DNA of 64,000 bases, from positions 28,246-92,245 of the forward strand of contig CAVUKB010000007.1 in the NCBI GenBank assembly GCA_963741955.1. Direction: 5' to 3'. Of this stretch, positions 10,338 to 20,356 are shown in pieces (position 1 is the first letter of the stretch; every line of letters begins with the position of its first letter). The position numbers and the translations under genes are program-made. Origin of the DNA: an uncultured Acidobacteriota bacterium. GTDB lineage: Bacteria > Acidobacteriota > Thermoanaerobaculia > Gp7-AA8. The notes below the pieces were generated by a model, which was given only the letters and a program-made list of their open reading frames with translations, was not told where the DNA came from and made no database searches.

Positions 10338-12167
10338 ATGAAGAAGGTCACCGATCAGGACGTGCTCGACGGGGTCAGGTCTTTCGACCGGACGTTCTTC
10401 GATCCCTCTGCACGTCTGAAGGTGATCGGCTCCGGTTCGCTCGGAGGGAAGGCCCAGGGGCTGGCTTTCGCGCGGATGGTTCTCGACTCCTCGTTTCCCC
10501 ATGGCCGCTTCCCGCGAATCGAGGTCGGAATCCCAAGCATGACCGTCCTCCGCACGGGGGTGTTCGACGCATTCGTCGAACGGAACGGCCTCGGGAAATT
10601 CAGGGACATTACGACCGAGAGTTCATCGGAAACCGCAACATCGCGCCTGACTCCCCCCTTCATCGGGATGAGAGATGAACCGGAATCGGCGGAACGGTCC
10701 GACGAGGAGATCGCACGCGCGTTTCAACGTGGCGACATGCCGGTGGAAGTGCTCGGCGACCTGCGCGCGCTCGTAGAGCAGGTGAAGACTCCTCTTGCGA
10801 TCCGGTCGTCGAGTCTCCTGGAGGACGCACTCGGCGAGCCGTTCGCCGGCGTCTACCAGACCAAGATGATCCCGAACAATCAGCCGAGTCCGGACGACCG
10901 CTTCCGGCCGCTGGTGGACGCGATCAAGCTGGTATGGGCCTCGACCTTCTTCAGCGGCGCACGCCGCTACCGCGCGGCCGCGGCCGACATTCGCGAAGAG
11001 AAGATGGCGGTGATCATCCAGGAAGTGGTCGGTGACCGCTACGACCAGCGCTTCTACCCGTACGTCTCCGGCGTCGCTCGCTCGATCAACTACTATCCCA
11101 CCGGGCGCGCGCGTCCCGAAGATGGCGTCGCGAATCTCGCCCTCGGTCTCGGCAAGACCATCGTGGACGGGTCGGTCTGCTGGACGTACTCGCCCGCGTT
11201 TCCCGCCGCCGCACCGCCGGTCGGGTCACCACTGGAGCTGGTGAAGACCACCCAGACGAGCTTCTGGGCGGTGAACATGGGGAAGCCCCCGGCATACGAT
11301 CCGATTCACGAGACGGAGTTCCTCGTGCAGCCGGGGCTCGACGACGCCGAGAACGACGGATCACTCGACTGGGTCGCGTCGACGTTCGACGCGGCCGCGG
11401 GGAGGATCACTCCGGGGATCGGACGAAGCGGCCCGCGGGTGCTCGACTTCGCCATGATCCTCGCCCTCCGCGAGCAGCCGCTGAACGACATCGTCCGCGA
11501 GCTCCTGACGCTCTTCGAGAAGTCACTGGAGGCCCCCGTGGAGATCGAGTTCGCGATGAGCCTCGAGCCGGCTCGCTTCGGATTTCTCCAGGTCCGTCCG
11601 ATGATGGTCTCCTCCGCGATCGTGGAGATCGACGAAGACGATCTCTTCGGTCCCGATGTTCTGGTGGCTTCCGAGCGCGTTCTCGGAAACGGGGAGATCG
11701 AGACGATCCGCGACGTGGTCTACGTTCGTCCGGACCGTTTCGACGCGAAGGAGACGCCCCGGATCGCTCTGGAGCTCGAGCAGATCGACCGGGTGGTATC
11801 ACGAACCGGCGGGCCGTATCTTCTGATCGGGTTCGGACGATGGGGGAGCAGCGATCCATGGCTCGGGATCCCGGTGAGCTGGCCGCAGATTGCGGGAGCA
11901 CGGGCGATCGTCGAAGCGATGACCACGAGGATGAACGTCGATGCGAGTCAGGGATCGCATTTTTTCCACAACCTGACCAGCTTTGGAGTTTCCTACTTCT
12001 CGATCTCCGCCCGCGGGCCGTACGCGATCGACTGGGAATGGCTCGAAAGGCAGACTGCGGGAGAGGAAACTGAGCTCGTACGCCACGTCCGTCTCGATGC
12101 GCCGCTGACGGTGAAGGTTGACGGACGTACGGGGCGAGGGGTGATCATGAAGGGCGGAAGGCGATGA
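10338..12167 (+). CDS. PEP-synthase/PPDK N-terminal-like ATP-binding (ATP-grasp, PF01326-like) domain protein without a phosphohistidine domain
   Basis: GSGSLGGKAQGL, IRSSSLLEDALGEPFAGVYQTK, MAVIIQEVVG and GVARSINYYP match the PpsA nucleotide-binding domain. The C-terminal domain is shared with the downstream paralog (GFGRWGS, GSHFFHNL). No GGxTSHAAIxARE swivel motif. Confidence 0.75.
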   Translation: MKKVTDQDVLDGVRSFDRTFFDPSARLKVIGSGSLGGKAQGLAFARMVLDSSFPHGRFPRIEVGIPSMTVLRTGVFDAFVERNGLGKFRDITTESSSETATSRLTPPFIGMRDEPESAERSDEEIARAFQRGDMPVEVLGDLRALVEQVKTPLAIRSSSLLEDALGEPFAGVYQTKMIPNNQPSPDDRFRPLVDAIKLVWASTFFSGARRYRAAAADIREEKMAVIIQEVVGDRYDQRFYPYVSGVARSINYYPTGRARPEDGVANLALGLGKTIVDGSVCWTYSPAFPAAAPPVGSPLELVKTTQTSFWAVNMGKPPAYDPIHETEFLVQPGLDDAENDGSLDWVASTFDAAAGRITPGIGRSGPRVLDFAMILALREQPLNDIVRELLTLFEKSLEAPVEIEFAMSLEPARFGFLQVRPMMVSSAIVEIDEDDLFGPDVLVASERVLGNGEIETIRDVVYVRPDRFDAKETPRIALELEQIDRVVSRTGGPYLLIGFGRWGSSDPWLGIPVSWPQIAGARAIVEAMTTRMNVDASQGSHFFHNLTSFGVSYFSISARGPYAIDWEWLERQTAGEETELVRHVRLDAPLTVKVDGRTGRGVIMKGGRR

Positions 12168-15100
12168 TCGACGAGAATCAGATTCCGATGGAGAAGCTCC
12201 TCAACGCTCTGCAGGAGCGGACCAAGGAGCTCGGGTGCCTCTATCGGGTCGAGGAGCTTTTCAGCCAGCCGGGGATCACGTTGCCGGAAATTCTGGAGGG
12301 GATCGTCCAGGCGATACCTGCGGGTTGGCAGTACGTCGACGTCTGCGAAGCTCAGATCACGATCGGCTCGCTGGTGGTGACTTCGCCGGGATACCGCGAC
12401 ACCCCGTGGACGATCGAGTCGCCTCTGACGGTGCAGGATCAGATCGTCGGGCGCATCATGGTCGTCTATCTGGAAGAGCGTCCCGCGGAGGATGAAGGAC
12501 CCTTTCTCAAGGAAGAGCGAAAGCTGATCGACACCATCGCCGACCGGCTCGAGCGTCGAATCCTCCACGAGAACCTCCGTCTGGTCTTCGAGCGCGAGCG
12601 GGAGAGAGCGACCACCGGAGTGGAGTGGCGGATCATCATCGACCTCCTCCGGAGGACCGACCCGAAGCTCCTTGCGCGCATCTCGCGCAAGATGCTCTAC
12701 CACCTCGCGTGGGCCGGCGTCGACGACGTCAATCCGATCATCGAAGATTTCAGCAACAACGCGCGGGAGGAAGGTGATCCGGAAGTCGACGAGAACCGAC
12801 CGCTTCCGCTCACACTGCGCCGCGACTTTCTCGACATGACCGAGCAGATCTTCGAGATCGCGGCGAACCACATCAGCGAATCGGAGATCCTGTCGAACAT
12901 CCAGAAGTGGATCAAGGAAGACCGTTCGGGCTTTCTGGTCCGCATCCTGGAGAATCCGGTCTCCTCGCTCGCCGAGATCACCAACGCCATCGAGCGTTTC
13001 CATCATCTCGCCCCACAGGGGCTGGAGCTCTCGCTCCCGCGGGAACGCTCGTTCCGCGTCTCCCTGATCCGGCGACTCCTCAGCGATCACTCGGCGTTCA
13101 TCGGTGCGGCGAAGCACTTCATCGACGTCGACGACTTCTTCGATCTCCTCCGTCACGTGATCCATCCCGCCGGGAGCCACGGGAAGCTCGGCGGAAAAGC
13201 GGCGGGCCTGGTGCTCGCCTCCCACGTTCTCGAGCGCGACCACACCCGCTCCGAGATCTTCGGCGACGTTCGCACGCCGCGGACCTGGTACCTCACCTCG
13301 GACGGGATTCTCAACTTCATCGACAGCAATGATCTCGAAGAGATCGTGGAGCTGAAGTACGAAGATCTCGCGCGCGTGCGGCAGGAGTACCCGTACGTCG
13401 TTCACGTCTTCAAGAACTCCCCTCTACCGCCGGAGATCCTGAACGGTTTGTCCGTGGCTCTCGACGATCTTCCGGAGACACCTCTCATCGTCCGCAGCTC
13501 GAGTCTGCTCGAGGACCGGCTGGGGACGTCGTTCGCGGGGAAGTACAAGAGCCTCTTCATCGCGAATCAGGGATCGAAGCGGGAGCGCCTCGCGTCGCTG
13601 GTGGACGCGATCACTGAAGTCTATGCGTCGACGTTCGGGCCCGATCCGATCGAGTACCGGTCGGAGCACGGGCTGCTCGATTTCCACGAGGAGATGGGCA
13701 TCCTGATCCAGGAAGTAGCGGGAGCGAGGGTGGGACGCTATTACATGCCCGCGTTCGCGGGAGTGGCGTTCAGTCACAACGAGTTCCGCTGGTCGAAACG
13801 GATCCGCCGCGAAGATGGATTGATCCGGATGGTGCCGGGGCTCGGGACCCGTGCGGTGGACCGGATGAGCGACGACTACCCGATTCTGGTCGCTCCGGGG
13901 CAGCCGTCTCTCCGGGTGAACGTCACACTCGACGAGAAGGTGCGCTACTCGCCGAAGATGATGGACGTGATCAATCTGGAGACCAATTCACTCGAAACGG
14001 TGGAGGTCGATGATCTGCTGCGCGAGTTCGGCGACGAGTACCCGATGCTCCACCAGCTCGTCTCGATCCTCCGGGAGGACCGGCTGGTGCAGCCGACAGC
14101 GCTCGGGATCGAGCCGCAGAACGACCGGCTGGTGATGACGTTCGAGCGGCTGATCTCCGAGACGACGTTCGTCGAGCAGATCCGGACCATTCTCGACGTG
14201 CTGCAGCAGGAGCTCCGGATGCCGGTGGACATCGAGTTCGCGCACGATGGAAAAGATCTCTACCTGGTGCAGTGCCGGCCGCAGAGCTACGGCGCAGCGT
14301 CGATTCCGGCGGTCATCCCCCACGACCTCCCCCACGAGAGGATCGTCTTCACCGCCAAGCGTTACGTCTCGAACGGAACCGTTTCGGGAATCACTCACAT
14401 CGTCTACGTCGATGCAGATCGATACGACGAGCTCCCGGATCGGGCGGACCGGCTCGCGGTCGGCCGCGCGGTCGGGCGGCTGAACCAGATCCTTCCCAAG
14501 AGGCAGTTCATTCTGATGGGCCCGGGTAGATGGGGAAGCCGTGGGGACATCCGGCTCGGAGTGAGCGTCACGTACTCCGACATCCACAACACGTCCATGC
14601 TGCTGGAGATCGCGAGGAAGAGGCGCGACTACGTTCCGGAGCTCTCGTTCGGAACGCATTTCTTCCAGGACCTGGTCGAGGCGAATATCCGCTATCTGCC
14701 GCTCTACCCCGATGAGCCGGACGTGATCCTGAACGAAGATCTGCTCATCAGATCGCGAAATGCACTTCCCGATCTCCTTCCCGATTTCGCCCGATTCGCC
14801 GACGTGATCCGGGTCATCGACGTACCGGCTGAAACTGGAGGCATGACCCTCCAGGTCCTGATGAACGGCGACTCGGATGAAGCGATGGGTCTGTTGACCG
14901 AAACCACGCCCGAGATTCAGGAGCCTCAGGTGACCGCTCGGTTCAGTGAAGCCGTCCAGCGAGTCGACGACAGTCATTGGCAGTGGCGGCTCAGGATGGT
15001 CGAACAGATGGCGTCGGTGCTCGACGCGCAGCGCTACGGAGTTCACGCGCTCTACCTGTTCGGAAGCACCAAGAACGCGACCGCAGGCTCGGAGAGCGAC

Positions 15101-15379
15101 ATCGATCTCCTGATTCACTTCAAGGGTGAGGAACACCAGCGCCGCGAGCTTTCGGCATGGCTCGATGCCTGGAGCCTGGCGCTCGGACATCTGAATTACC
15201 TCCGGACGGGGAGGCGAATCGAACGGCTTCTCGACGTCCATTTCGTGACCGACGAGGACCTGCGTCGGAGAACGAGCTTTGCGGCCAAGATCGGGGCGGT
15301 CACGGATGCTGCCCGTCCAATTCCGCTCGCCGGAAGGGTCGGCACTCCGAGCCGCTCGGGACCGGTCACAGCTCCGTAG
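12164..15379 (+). CDS. Multidomain protein: N-terminal GAF-like sensor, PEP-synthase-like ATP-binding domain, paralogous C-domain, and C-terminal minimal nucleotidyltransferase (Pol-beta/MNT-like)
   Basis: ATGA overlap with the upstream paralog. GGKAAGLVLAS, VRSSSLLEDRLGTSFAGKYKS, MGILIQEVAG, GPGRWGS and GTHFFQDL are present. The C-terminal LFGSTKNATAGSESDIDLLIHF is a GS...DxD NTase motif. Confidence 0.75.
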   Translation: MIDENQIPMEKLLNALQERTKELGCLYRVEELFSQPGITLPEILEGIVQAIPAGWQYVDVCEAQITIGSLVVTSPGYRDTPWTIESPLTVQDQIVGRIMVVYLEERPAEDEGPFLKEERKLIDTIADRLERRILHENLRLVFERERERATTGVEWRIIIDLLRRTDPKLLARISRKMLYHLAWAGVDDVNPIIEDFSNNAREEGDPEVDENRPLPLTLRRDFLDMTEQIFEIAANHISESEILSNIQKWIKEDRSGFLVRILENPVSSLAEITNAIERFHHLAPQGLELSLPRERSFRVSLIRRLLSDHSAFIGAAKHFIDVDDFFDLLRHVIHPAGSHGKLGGKAAGLVLASHVLERDHTRSEIFGDVRTPRTWYLTSDGILNFIDSNDLEEIVELKYEDLARVRQEYPYVVHVFKNSPLPPEILNGLSVALDDLPETPLIVRSSSLLEDRLGTSFAGKYKSLFIANQGSKRERLASLVDAITEVYASTFGPDPIEYRSEHGLLDFHEEMGILIQEVAGARVGRYYMPAFAGVAFSHNEFRWSKRIRREDGLIRMVPGLGTRAVDRMSDDYPILVAPGQPSLRVNVTLDEKVRYSPKMMDVINLETNSLETVEVDDLLREFGDEYPMLHQLVSILREDRLVQPTALGIEPQNDRLVMTFERLISETTFVEQIRTILDVLQQELRMPVDIEFAHDGKDLYLVQCRPQSYGAASIPAVIPHDLPHERIVFTAKRYVSNGTVSGITHIVYVDADRYDELPDRADRLAVGRAVGRLNQILPKRQFILMGPGRWGSRGDIRLGVSVTYSDIHNTSMLLEIARKRRDYVPELSFGTHFFQDLVEANIRYLPLYPDEPDVILNEDLLIRSRNALPDLLPDFARFADVIRVIDVPAETGGMTLQVLMNGDSDEAMGLLTETTPEIQEPQVTARFSEAVQRVDDSHWQWRLRMVEQMASVLDAQRYGVHALYLFGSTKNATAGSESDIDLLIHFKGEEHQRRELSAWLDAWSLALGHLNYLRTGRRIERLLDVHFVTDEDLRRRTSFAAKIGAVTDAARPIPLAGRVGTPSRSGPVTAP

Positions 15380-15389
15380 GGGCGACCTC

Positions 15390-15530
15390 ACTTTCCGAGG
15401 ATCGGAAAAGCATCGCGGATCGAGGATTGAGGATCGCGGATCTGAAAAGCATCGCGGATCGAGGATTGAGGATCGCGTATCTGAGGAGCATTGGGGATCG
15501 GGGATCGGGGATCGGGGGTTGGGGAAAGCC
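15390..15530. repeat. Short tandem repeat: about 39-bp unit GATCGCGGATCTGAAAAGCATCGCGGATCGAGGATTGAG at about 2.7 copies, followed by (GGGGATCG)x3
   Basis: Seen directly after the stop of the 12164..15379 gene, in a convergent intergenic region. Confidence 0.7.
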
Positions 15531-15609
15531 CCGGAGGGGCGTTTGACAAGAGCCCGGGACGCAGTCGTGGGATTTCTGTATTCGCGCTCTGCCGCTCCGA
15601 TTGCTGGCA

Positions 15610-16455
15610 TCAGAGGAGCTCGCGCGTCGCTTCGTGCGGAGACTCCGGATCGAACCGGACCAGGGCGAGCTCCGGGCCGTCGTGTGCCGCACCGAGGATC
15701 GTCGTCGAACCGATCCGCTCTTTCCACTGGCCGGTGATCCGTGCGGATTCGTGGACGTGCCCGTGCAGGGTCACCAGAGGCTGAGATGATTCGATGAAGC
15801 GGCGGATCGCGATGGATCCGATGTGAGTGTCGAGCGGAACGTGATCGACTGCCACTCCGTCGAGCGCCGCGCGGTCGAGAGGCGTCTGGTAAGGCGGAGA
15901 GTGGAACAGGCAGATCGCATGCGAGAGATCGACGCCCTTCGTCAGCTCCTCGAGGTCGCGCGCGATCGTTCCGTACTTCACGTCCGACTCGTCGGCATCC
16001 ACGCTCCTCCACCCCTCTTCCGGTGAGATGCACCCCGGATCGACGTACCGCGATACGTCGTACCGCTCCCAGTCTTTCAGCCGGAATGGAGTCGGAGGCA
16101 CGCAGCAGTAGCCGAGAACGGGGGAGGACCCGAGGCGGCTGCGCCTCCGGTGGAGATAAACGAGGAGCCCTTCCGACTCCATCTCGAGCAGCTGCGACTC
16201 GAATTCGCGCGGGTCATCGTTTCCGAAGATGAGGAAGATTCGCGGATATCCCGATTGCAGGAGAGCTCGGAGCCTGCGGAGGCGCGGCGCGAAGTCCTCC
16301 CTCAGGAATGTCGCAAGAGCGCCCTGATGCGGCGCGGGAAGAATATCGCCGCCCATGAAAACCGCCTCGGGCCGCTCCGAAGCGATGGTGCGCACGAGCG
16401 CGTCATAGCGATGCGCGCTTCCATGCAGATCCGAGACGAAGAACGCGAGGGTCAT
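15610..16455 (-). CDS. Metallophosphoesterase (calcineurin-like phosphoesterase)
   Basis: FFVSDLHGS...GGDILP...FGNDD...GHVHE metallophosphatase motifs. ATG at 16455. Confidence 0.75.
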   Translation of the reverse strand: MTLAFFVSDLHGSAHRYDALVRTIASERPEAVFMGGDILPAPHQGALATFLREDFAPRLRRLRALLQSGYPRIFLIFGNDDPREFESQLLEMESEGLLVYLHRRRSRLGSSPVLGYCCVPPTPFRLKDWERYDVSRYVDPGCISPEEGWRSVDADESDVKYGTIARDLEELTKGVDLSHAICLFHSPPYQTPLDRAALDGVAVDHVPLDTHIGSIAIRRFIESSQPLVTLHGHVHESARITGQWKERIGSTTILGAAHDGPELALVRFDPESPHEATRELL

Positions 16456-16490
16456 CAGCGCCCATTGTGTCGCAAACCTCGATCGAGGGA

Positions 16491-19022
16491 TCAGGCGTGA
16501 TGGGTCGACATGACTTCGAGCGGGAGATTCCGAGCCAGCGCAGCCTCGAGCTCCGACTGCTTCGTCGGCTTCGACAGATAGTCGTCCATCCCCGCGGAAA
16601 GACACTTCTCCCGGTCGCCCTGCAGTGCGTGCGCGGTCATCGCGACGATCCGCGTCCGGTTCGCGCTGGTCTGTTTCCGGCGGATCTCGACCGTCGCTTC
16701 GTAGCCATCCATCACCGGCATCTGGCAGTCCATCAGGACGATGTGGTAATCACCGTTCAGGACCGCATCCACCGCCTCGGCGCCGTTCGTCGCGACGTCT
16801 GCCCGGTAGCCGAGGTTCTGGAGCTGCCCGAGCGCGACCTTCCGGTTGAGCGGTTTGTCCTCCACCAGGAGAATTCGAACCCGCTCTCTCACTTCCGGCG
16901 GCACCACCACGGGCTTTTCTTCGGAGGGCGGCCCCGCGGCCGCATCGATCGCCGGCATCTCGCGCGCGAGAACCGTGCTCAACGCATCGAAAAGATCGGA
17001 TGGGGCGACCGGTTTGTTGATGTAGGCCCCGATTCCTGCCGCCCGCGCCTTCGAGTCGTCGATGATCTCGCCGAGCGGAATCATCATCACCAGACCGGTC
17101 GACGCGATCGATGGATCGGCCTTGACCAGTCGGGCGAAACCGATTCCGTCGATCTCCACGAGTTGACGGTCGAACACCGCGATCCGGTACGGCTCGCCGA
17201 GCGAGGCTTCGCTTCGCAGCCGTTCGAGCGCTTCGGTGTAATCACCGGCGGCGCGGGTTCGCATCCCCCACGACGCGAAGATGTGCGAAAGCACCTTGCG
17301 ACTCGTTTCGCTGCGGTCGACGATCAGCGCCCGCATGCCGGGGAATCCGCTCTTCATCGCGGTGACCGTGATCCGTTCGGCAGTCTTCTTCTGAAACGGG
17401 ACGGTGAACCAGAAGGTCGAGCCGATACCTTCTTCACTGGTCACCCCGATCTGGCCCCCCATGATCTCGACCAGCTGCTTCGAGGTGGTCAGGCCGAGGC
17501 CGGTGCCGCTGTGCTCCCGCGTGCTGGAGCTGTCGACCTGAAAGAAGGGATCGAAGATTCTCGGGATGGCATTCTCCGGGATCCCGACGCCGTGATCGGT
17601 GATCTCGAAGCGGATCAGATAGTGGGAATCCGTCTCGTTCTGCCCGCGCACCCCGATCCGGACCGTGCTCTCCCCGCTGAATTTGATCGCATTCCCGAGA
17701 AGATTGGTGAGTACCTGCCTCAGGCGGGCGACGTCGCCGCGAACGATGGGAGGAATGTCCTCGTCGACTTCGGCGCGGATGGTGACCTTCCGCTCCATTC
17801 CCACCACGTTCATCACATCGACGATCCGCTGCACGCTGCTTCGAAGATCGAAGTCGGCCAGCGTGATGGAAAGCTTTCCCGACTCGAGCTGCGAAACGTG
17901 GAGGATGTTGTTGATGATGCCGAGAAGAGTCTCGGCGCTTCCCTGGGCGGTCTGCACGTAGTCGCGTTGTTCCGCGGTGAGAGTCGTACTGTCACCGAGG
18001 AGCTGGAGCATGCCGAGAATCACGTTCATCGGCGTGCGGATCTCGTGAGTGATGTTGGTCAGGAACTGCGACTTGGCGCGCGAGGACTCGAGAGCTTCGT
18101 CCCGCGCCTTTCCGAGCTCGATCTCCGACATCTTCCGTTCGGTGATGTCCCGGAAGATCACCCGGGCGAGGATCACGCTTCCGTTCACCACCTTCGGGAT
18201 GAGACTTCCTTCGACGATCAGCCTCCGGCCGTCCGCCGCGAGGAACTCGGTCTCCACTGTTTCGGCGACTCCGGTCCGGATGATCTGCTGAAACATACGG
18301 TTGAAGTCGGGGAGCGCATCGGGGTGGATCGCATCTTCAATCGTCGGTCGATGGAGCGTACCGTCGGCTCCCGCCAGCGTCTCGATCGCGGCCCGATTGA
18401 GGTGCATCAGCCTGCCGTCGGAACGGATGCTCATGATCATGTCATCGGCCGAATCGAACAGATCCTGGAAGCGCTCGTCGCTCTCGCGCAGCGCTTCACG
18501 GACTTCGGCAGTATCGGCGAGCTGGAGGTCGAGCCGCTCGAGACGGCGGCGAAGGTCGAGCTCAGCACCGACCTCGCGTGCGAGCGTCCGCAGCGCGTTC
18601 ACCTGTACATTCTGGAGTTGACGGGGAACCCGGTCGAACACTTCGAGCGATCCGACGACCATTCCGTCCGAGGTCACGATCGGCGCTCCGGCGTAAAACC
18701 GGACGTTGGGCGGGGCCGTCACCAGGGGATTCGAAACGGCGCGCGGATCCTTCTGTGCATCCTCGATGAGAACGACGTCGTTCGCATCGACGACGAAGCG
18801 CGCGAACGCGGCCTCGCGAGGGAACTGGCTCACATTCCAGCGGAATCGCGACTTGATCCAGTAGCGGTCCTGGTCGAGGAATCCGAGAATGGCGACAGGA
18901 GCTCCGCAGATCTCGGCGGCGAAAGCAGTCAGCTGGTCCAGGTGCGGCTCTGCGGGAGTGTCGAGAATGCCGCACTCCTGCAGGGTAAGAAGTCTCATTC
19001 GATCATTGGTGGAATCGGTCAT
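16491..19022 (-). CDS. Hybrid sensor histidine kinase (GAF/PAS, HisKA, HATPase, two receiver domains)
   Basis: H-box ITHEIRTPMN. G-boxes GTGLGL and DHGVGI. Receiver motifs ILLVEDKPLNRKV...VLMDCQMPVMDG. Confidence 0.85.
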   Translation of the reverse strand: MTDSTNDRMRLLTLQECGILDTPAEPHLDQLTAFAAEICGAPVAILGFLDQDRYWIKSRFRWNVSQFPREAAFARFVVDANDVVLIEDAQKDPRAVSNPLVTAPPNVRFYAGAPIVTSDGMVVGSLEVFDRVPRQLQNVQVNALRTLAREVGAELDLRRRLERLDLQLADTAEVREALRESDERFQDLFDSADDMIMSIRSDGRLMHLNRAAIETLAGADGTLHRPTIEDAIHPDALPDFNRMFQQIIRTGVAETVETEFLAADGRRLIVEGSLIPKVVNGSVILARVIFRDITERKMSEIELGKARDEALESSRAKSQFLTNITHEIRTPMNVILGMLQLLGDSTTLTAEQRDYVQTAQGSAETLLGIINNILHVSQLESGKLSITLADFDLRSSVQRIVDVMNVVGMERKVTIRAEVDEDIPPIVRGDVARLRQVLTNLLGNAIKFSGESTVRIGVRGQNETDSHYLIRFEITDHGVGIPENAIPRIFDPFFQVDSSSTREHSGTGLGLTTSKQLVEIMGGQIGVTSEEGIGSTFWFTVPFQKKTAERITVTAMKSGFPGMRALIVDRSETSRKVLSHIFASWGMRTRAAGDYTEALERLRSEASLGEPYRIAVFDRQLVEIDGIGFARLVKADPSIASTGLVMMIPLGEIIDDSKARAAGIGAYINKPVAPSDLFDALSTVLAREMPAIDAAAGPPSEEKPVVVPPEVRERVRILLVEDKPLNRKVALGQLQNLGYRADVATNGAEAVDAVLNGDYHIVLMDCQMPVMDGYEATVEIRRKQTSANRTRIVAMTAHALQGDREKCLSAGMDDYLSKPTKQSELEAALARNLPLEVMSTHHA

Positions 19023-19235
19023 CCGTCACGCGCTCCCAGCGCCGTATATGTGTTGAAAGAAACCTGTGCCGGCGGGAACACTCTCAATGTAATGCCGCAC
19101 CGGCAGAGTTTGCTGCACGAATAAAAATGTCCGCTCATTCTCCACCTCAGCGGGGCGGACTGCAAGATCCCCTAACTTTGGTTGAGGTCCTTTCGTTGCA
19201 GTATGTTGGGACGGGCGGATCCGTTTCGACGACCC

Positions 19236-19318
19236 TTCCCGGTAGGAACGTCCGGAGCGAGAAAGCGGAGCAGCGAGGCCAGATTCGTTCGGATTTGGGC
19301 CGCTGATCCGCTTTCGAG
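19236..19318 (-). mobile_element. Internally deleted remnant of the A-type MITE, reverse orientation, abutting the fdhD stop
   Basis: ggtaggaacgtccggagcgagaaagcggagcagcgaggccagattcgttcggatttg...gatccgctttcg matches the reverse complement of the MITE with about 45 bp of the centre missing. Confidence 0.55.
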
Positions 19319-20182
19319 CTAGCGCAGCCGCTCGGCTCCGGCGTAGACATTGAAGCGGCGATTCCGGACGAACCCGAGGAGCGTCATCCCTGCCTCGCGC
19401 GCCAGATCGACCGCGAGGGAGGAAGGCGCTCCGACCGCGGCGAGGAGGGGGATACCTGCGACCGCAGCCTTCTGGACGAGCTCGAAGCTCGCCCGGCCGC
19501 TGACCATCAGCACCGAGCTTGCGAGCGGAACGCGCCCGGCGAGAAATTCGCGGCCGATCACCTTGTCCAGAGCGTTGTGCCGGCCCACGTCTTCGCGGAG
19601 AGCTCTGAGCTCTCCCTCCCGCGAGAAGAGCCCCGATGCGTGCAGGCCGCCGGTCACGTCGAACGTCTCCTGTCGGCCGCGTAGCTCTTCTTCGAGCCGA
19701 TGGATGGTCGCCGAGTCGATCGAAAACGCCGAGGCGGACGAACGCACATACGGGATCCGAACCGCTTCGATCGAAGTCTTTCCGCAGATGCCGCAGCTCG
19801 AGGCGGTGTAGAAGTGACGCTCGAGTCGCGCGAGATCGGGGCTGATCGAGGAAGAGAGCGTCACCCGGACGATATTGGATCCGCCGTGGGGCTGCTGCGG
19901 CCCGCATGCGGCGATCTCTGCGATCTCGCCACGCTCCCGCACGATTCCTTCGGTGAAGAGAAAACCTGCCGCGAGCTCGTCGTCCTCCCCGGGAGTGCGC
20001 ATGGTGATGGAGATGGTCTGGCGCTGCGGCGCCCCTCCGTCCATCCATTCGAGCCGGATCTCCAGAGGCTCCTCGATGGCGACGGCGTCTTCGCGATTCG
20101 CGATCCGTTCGTCCGAGCAGAGCCCGATGCGATCGAGACGGAAACTCGAGATCGACGATCCGTCCGGCGGCGATAGAGACAT
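19319..20182 (-). CDS. fdhD: Formate dehydrogenase accessory sulfurtransferase FdhD
   Basis: SCGICGK motif and GGLHA...RHNALDK. About 287 aa from the ATG at 20182 with a GGAGGG RBS. The longer track ORF (507 aa) is an upstream extension. Confidence 0.85.
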   Translation of the reverse strand: MSLSPPDGSSISSFRLDRIGLCSDERIANREDAVAIEEPLEIRLEWMDGGAPQRQTISITMRTPGEDDELAAGFLFTEGIVRERGEIAEIAACGPQQPHGGSNIVRVTLSSSISPDLARLERHFYTASSCGICGKTSIEAVRIPYVRSSASAFSIDSATIHRLEEELRGRQETFDVTGGLHASGLFSREGELRALREDVGRHNALDKVIGREFLAGRVPLASSVLMVSGRASFELVQKAAVAGIPLLAAVGAPSSLAVDLAREAGMTLLGFVRNRRFNVYAGAERLR

Positions 20183-20356
20183 GTTCCCTCCGCATGCAAT
20201 TTCCGTGGAAGGAGGATTCACGCGGCCTGCCGCTTGCATCACTGCGAGTCGATTCGGACCTGAACGAGCGGAGGCGGCATGATCGGTGATCTTTTTCGCG
20301 ACTGGCCCCTGGTGCGGCAGATCCTCGAGGGAGGAGACGGTACCGGAGAGGAATCG

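Noticed and set aside
11993-13405. 470-aa minus-strand ORF
   Set aside because: Antisense to the PEP-synthase-like genes. No motifs.
13988-16033. 681-aa ORF on the minus strand
   Set aside because: It is antisense to the domain-supported + strand gene 12164..15379 and to the repeat region. The composition is Arg/Pro-rich, typical of spurious high-GC ORFs.
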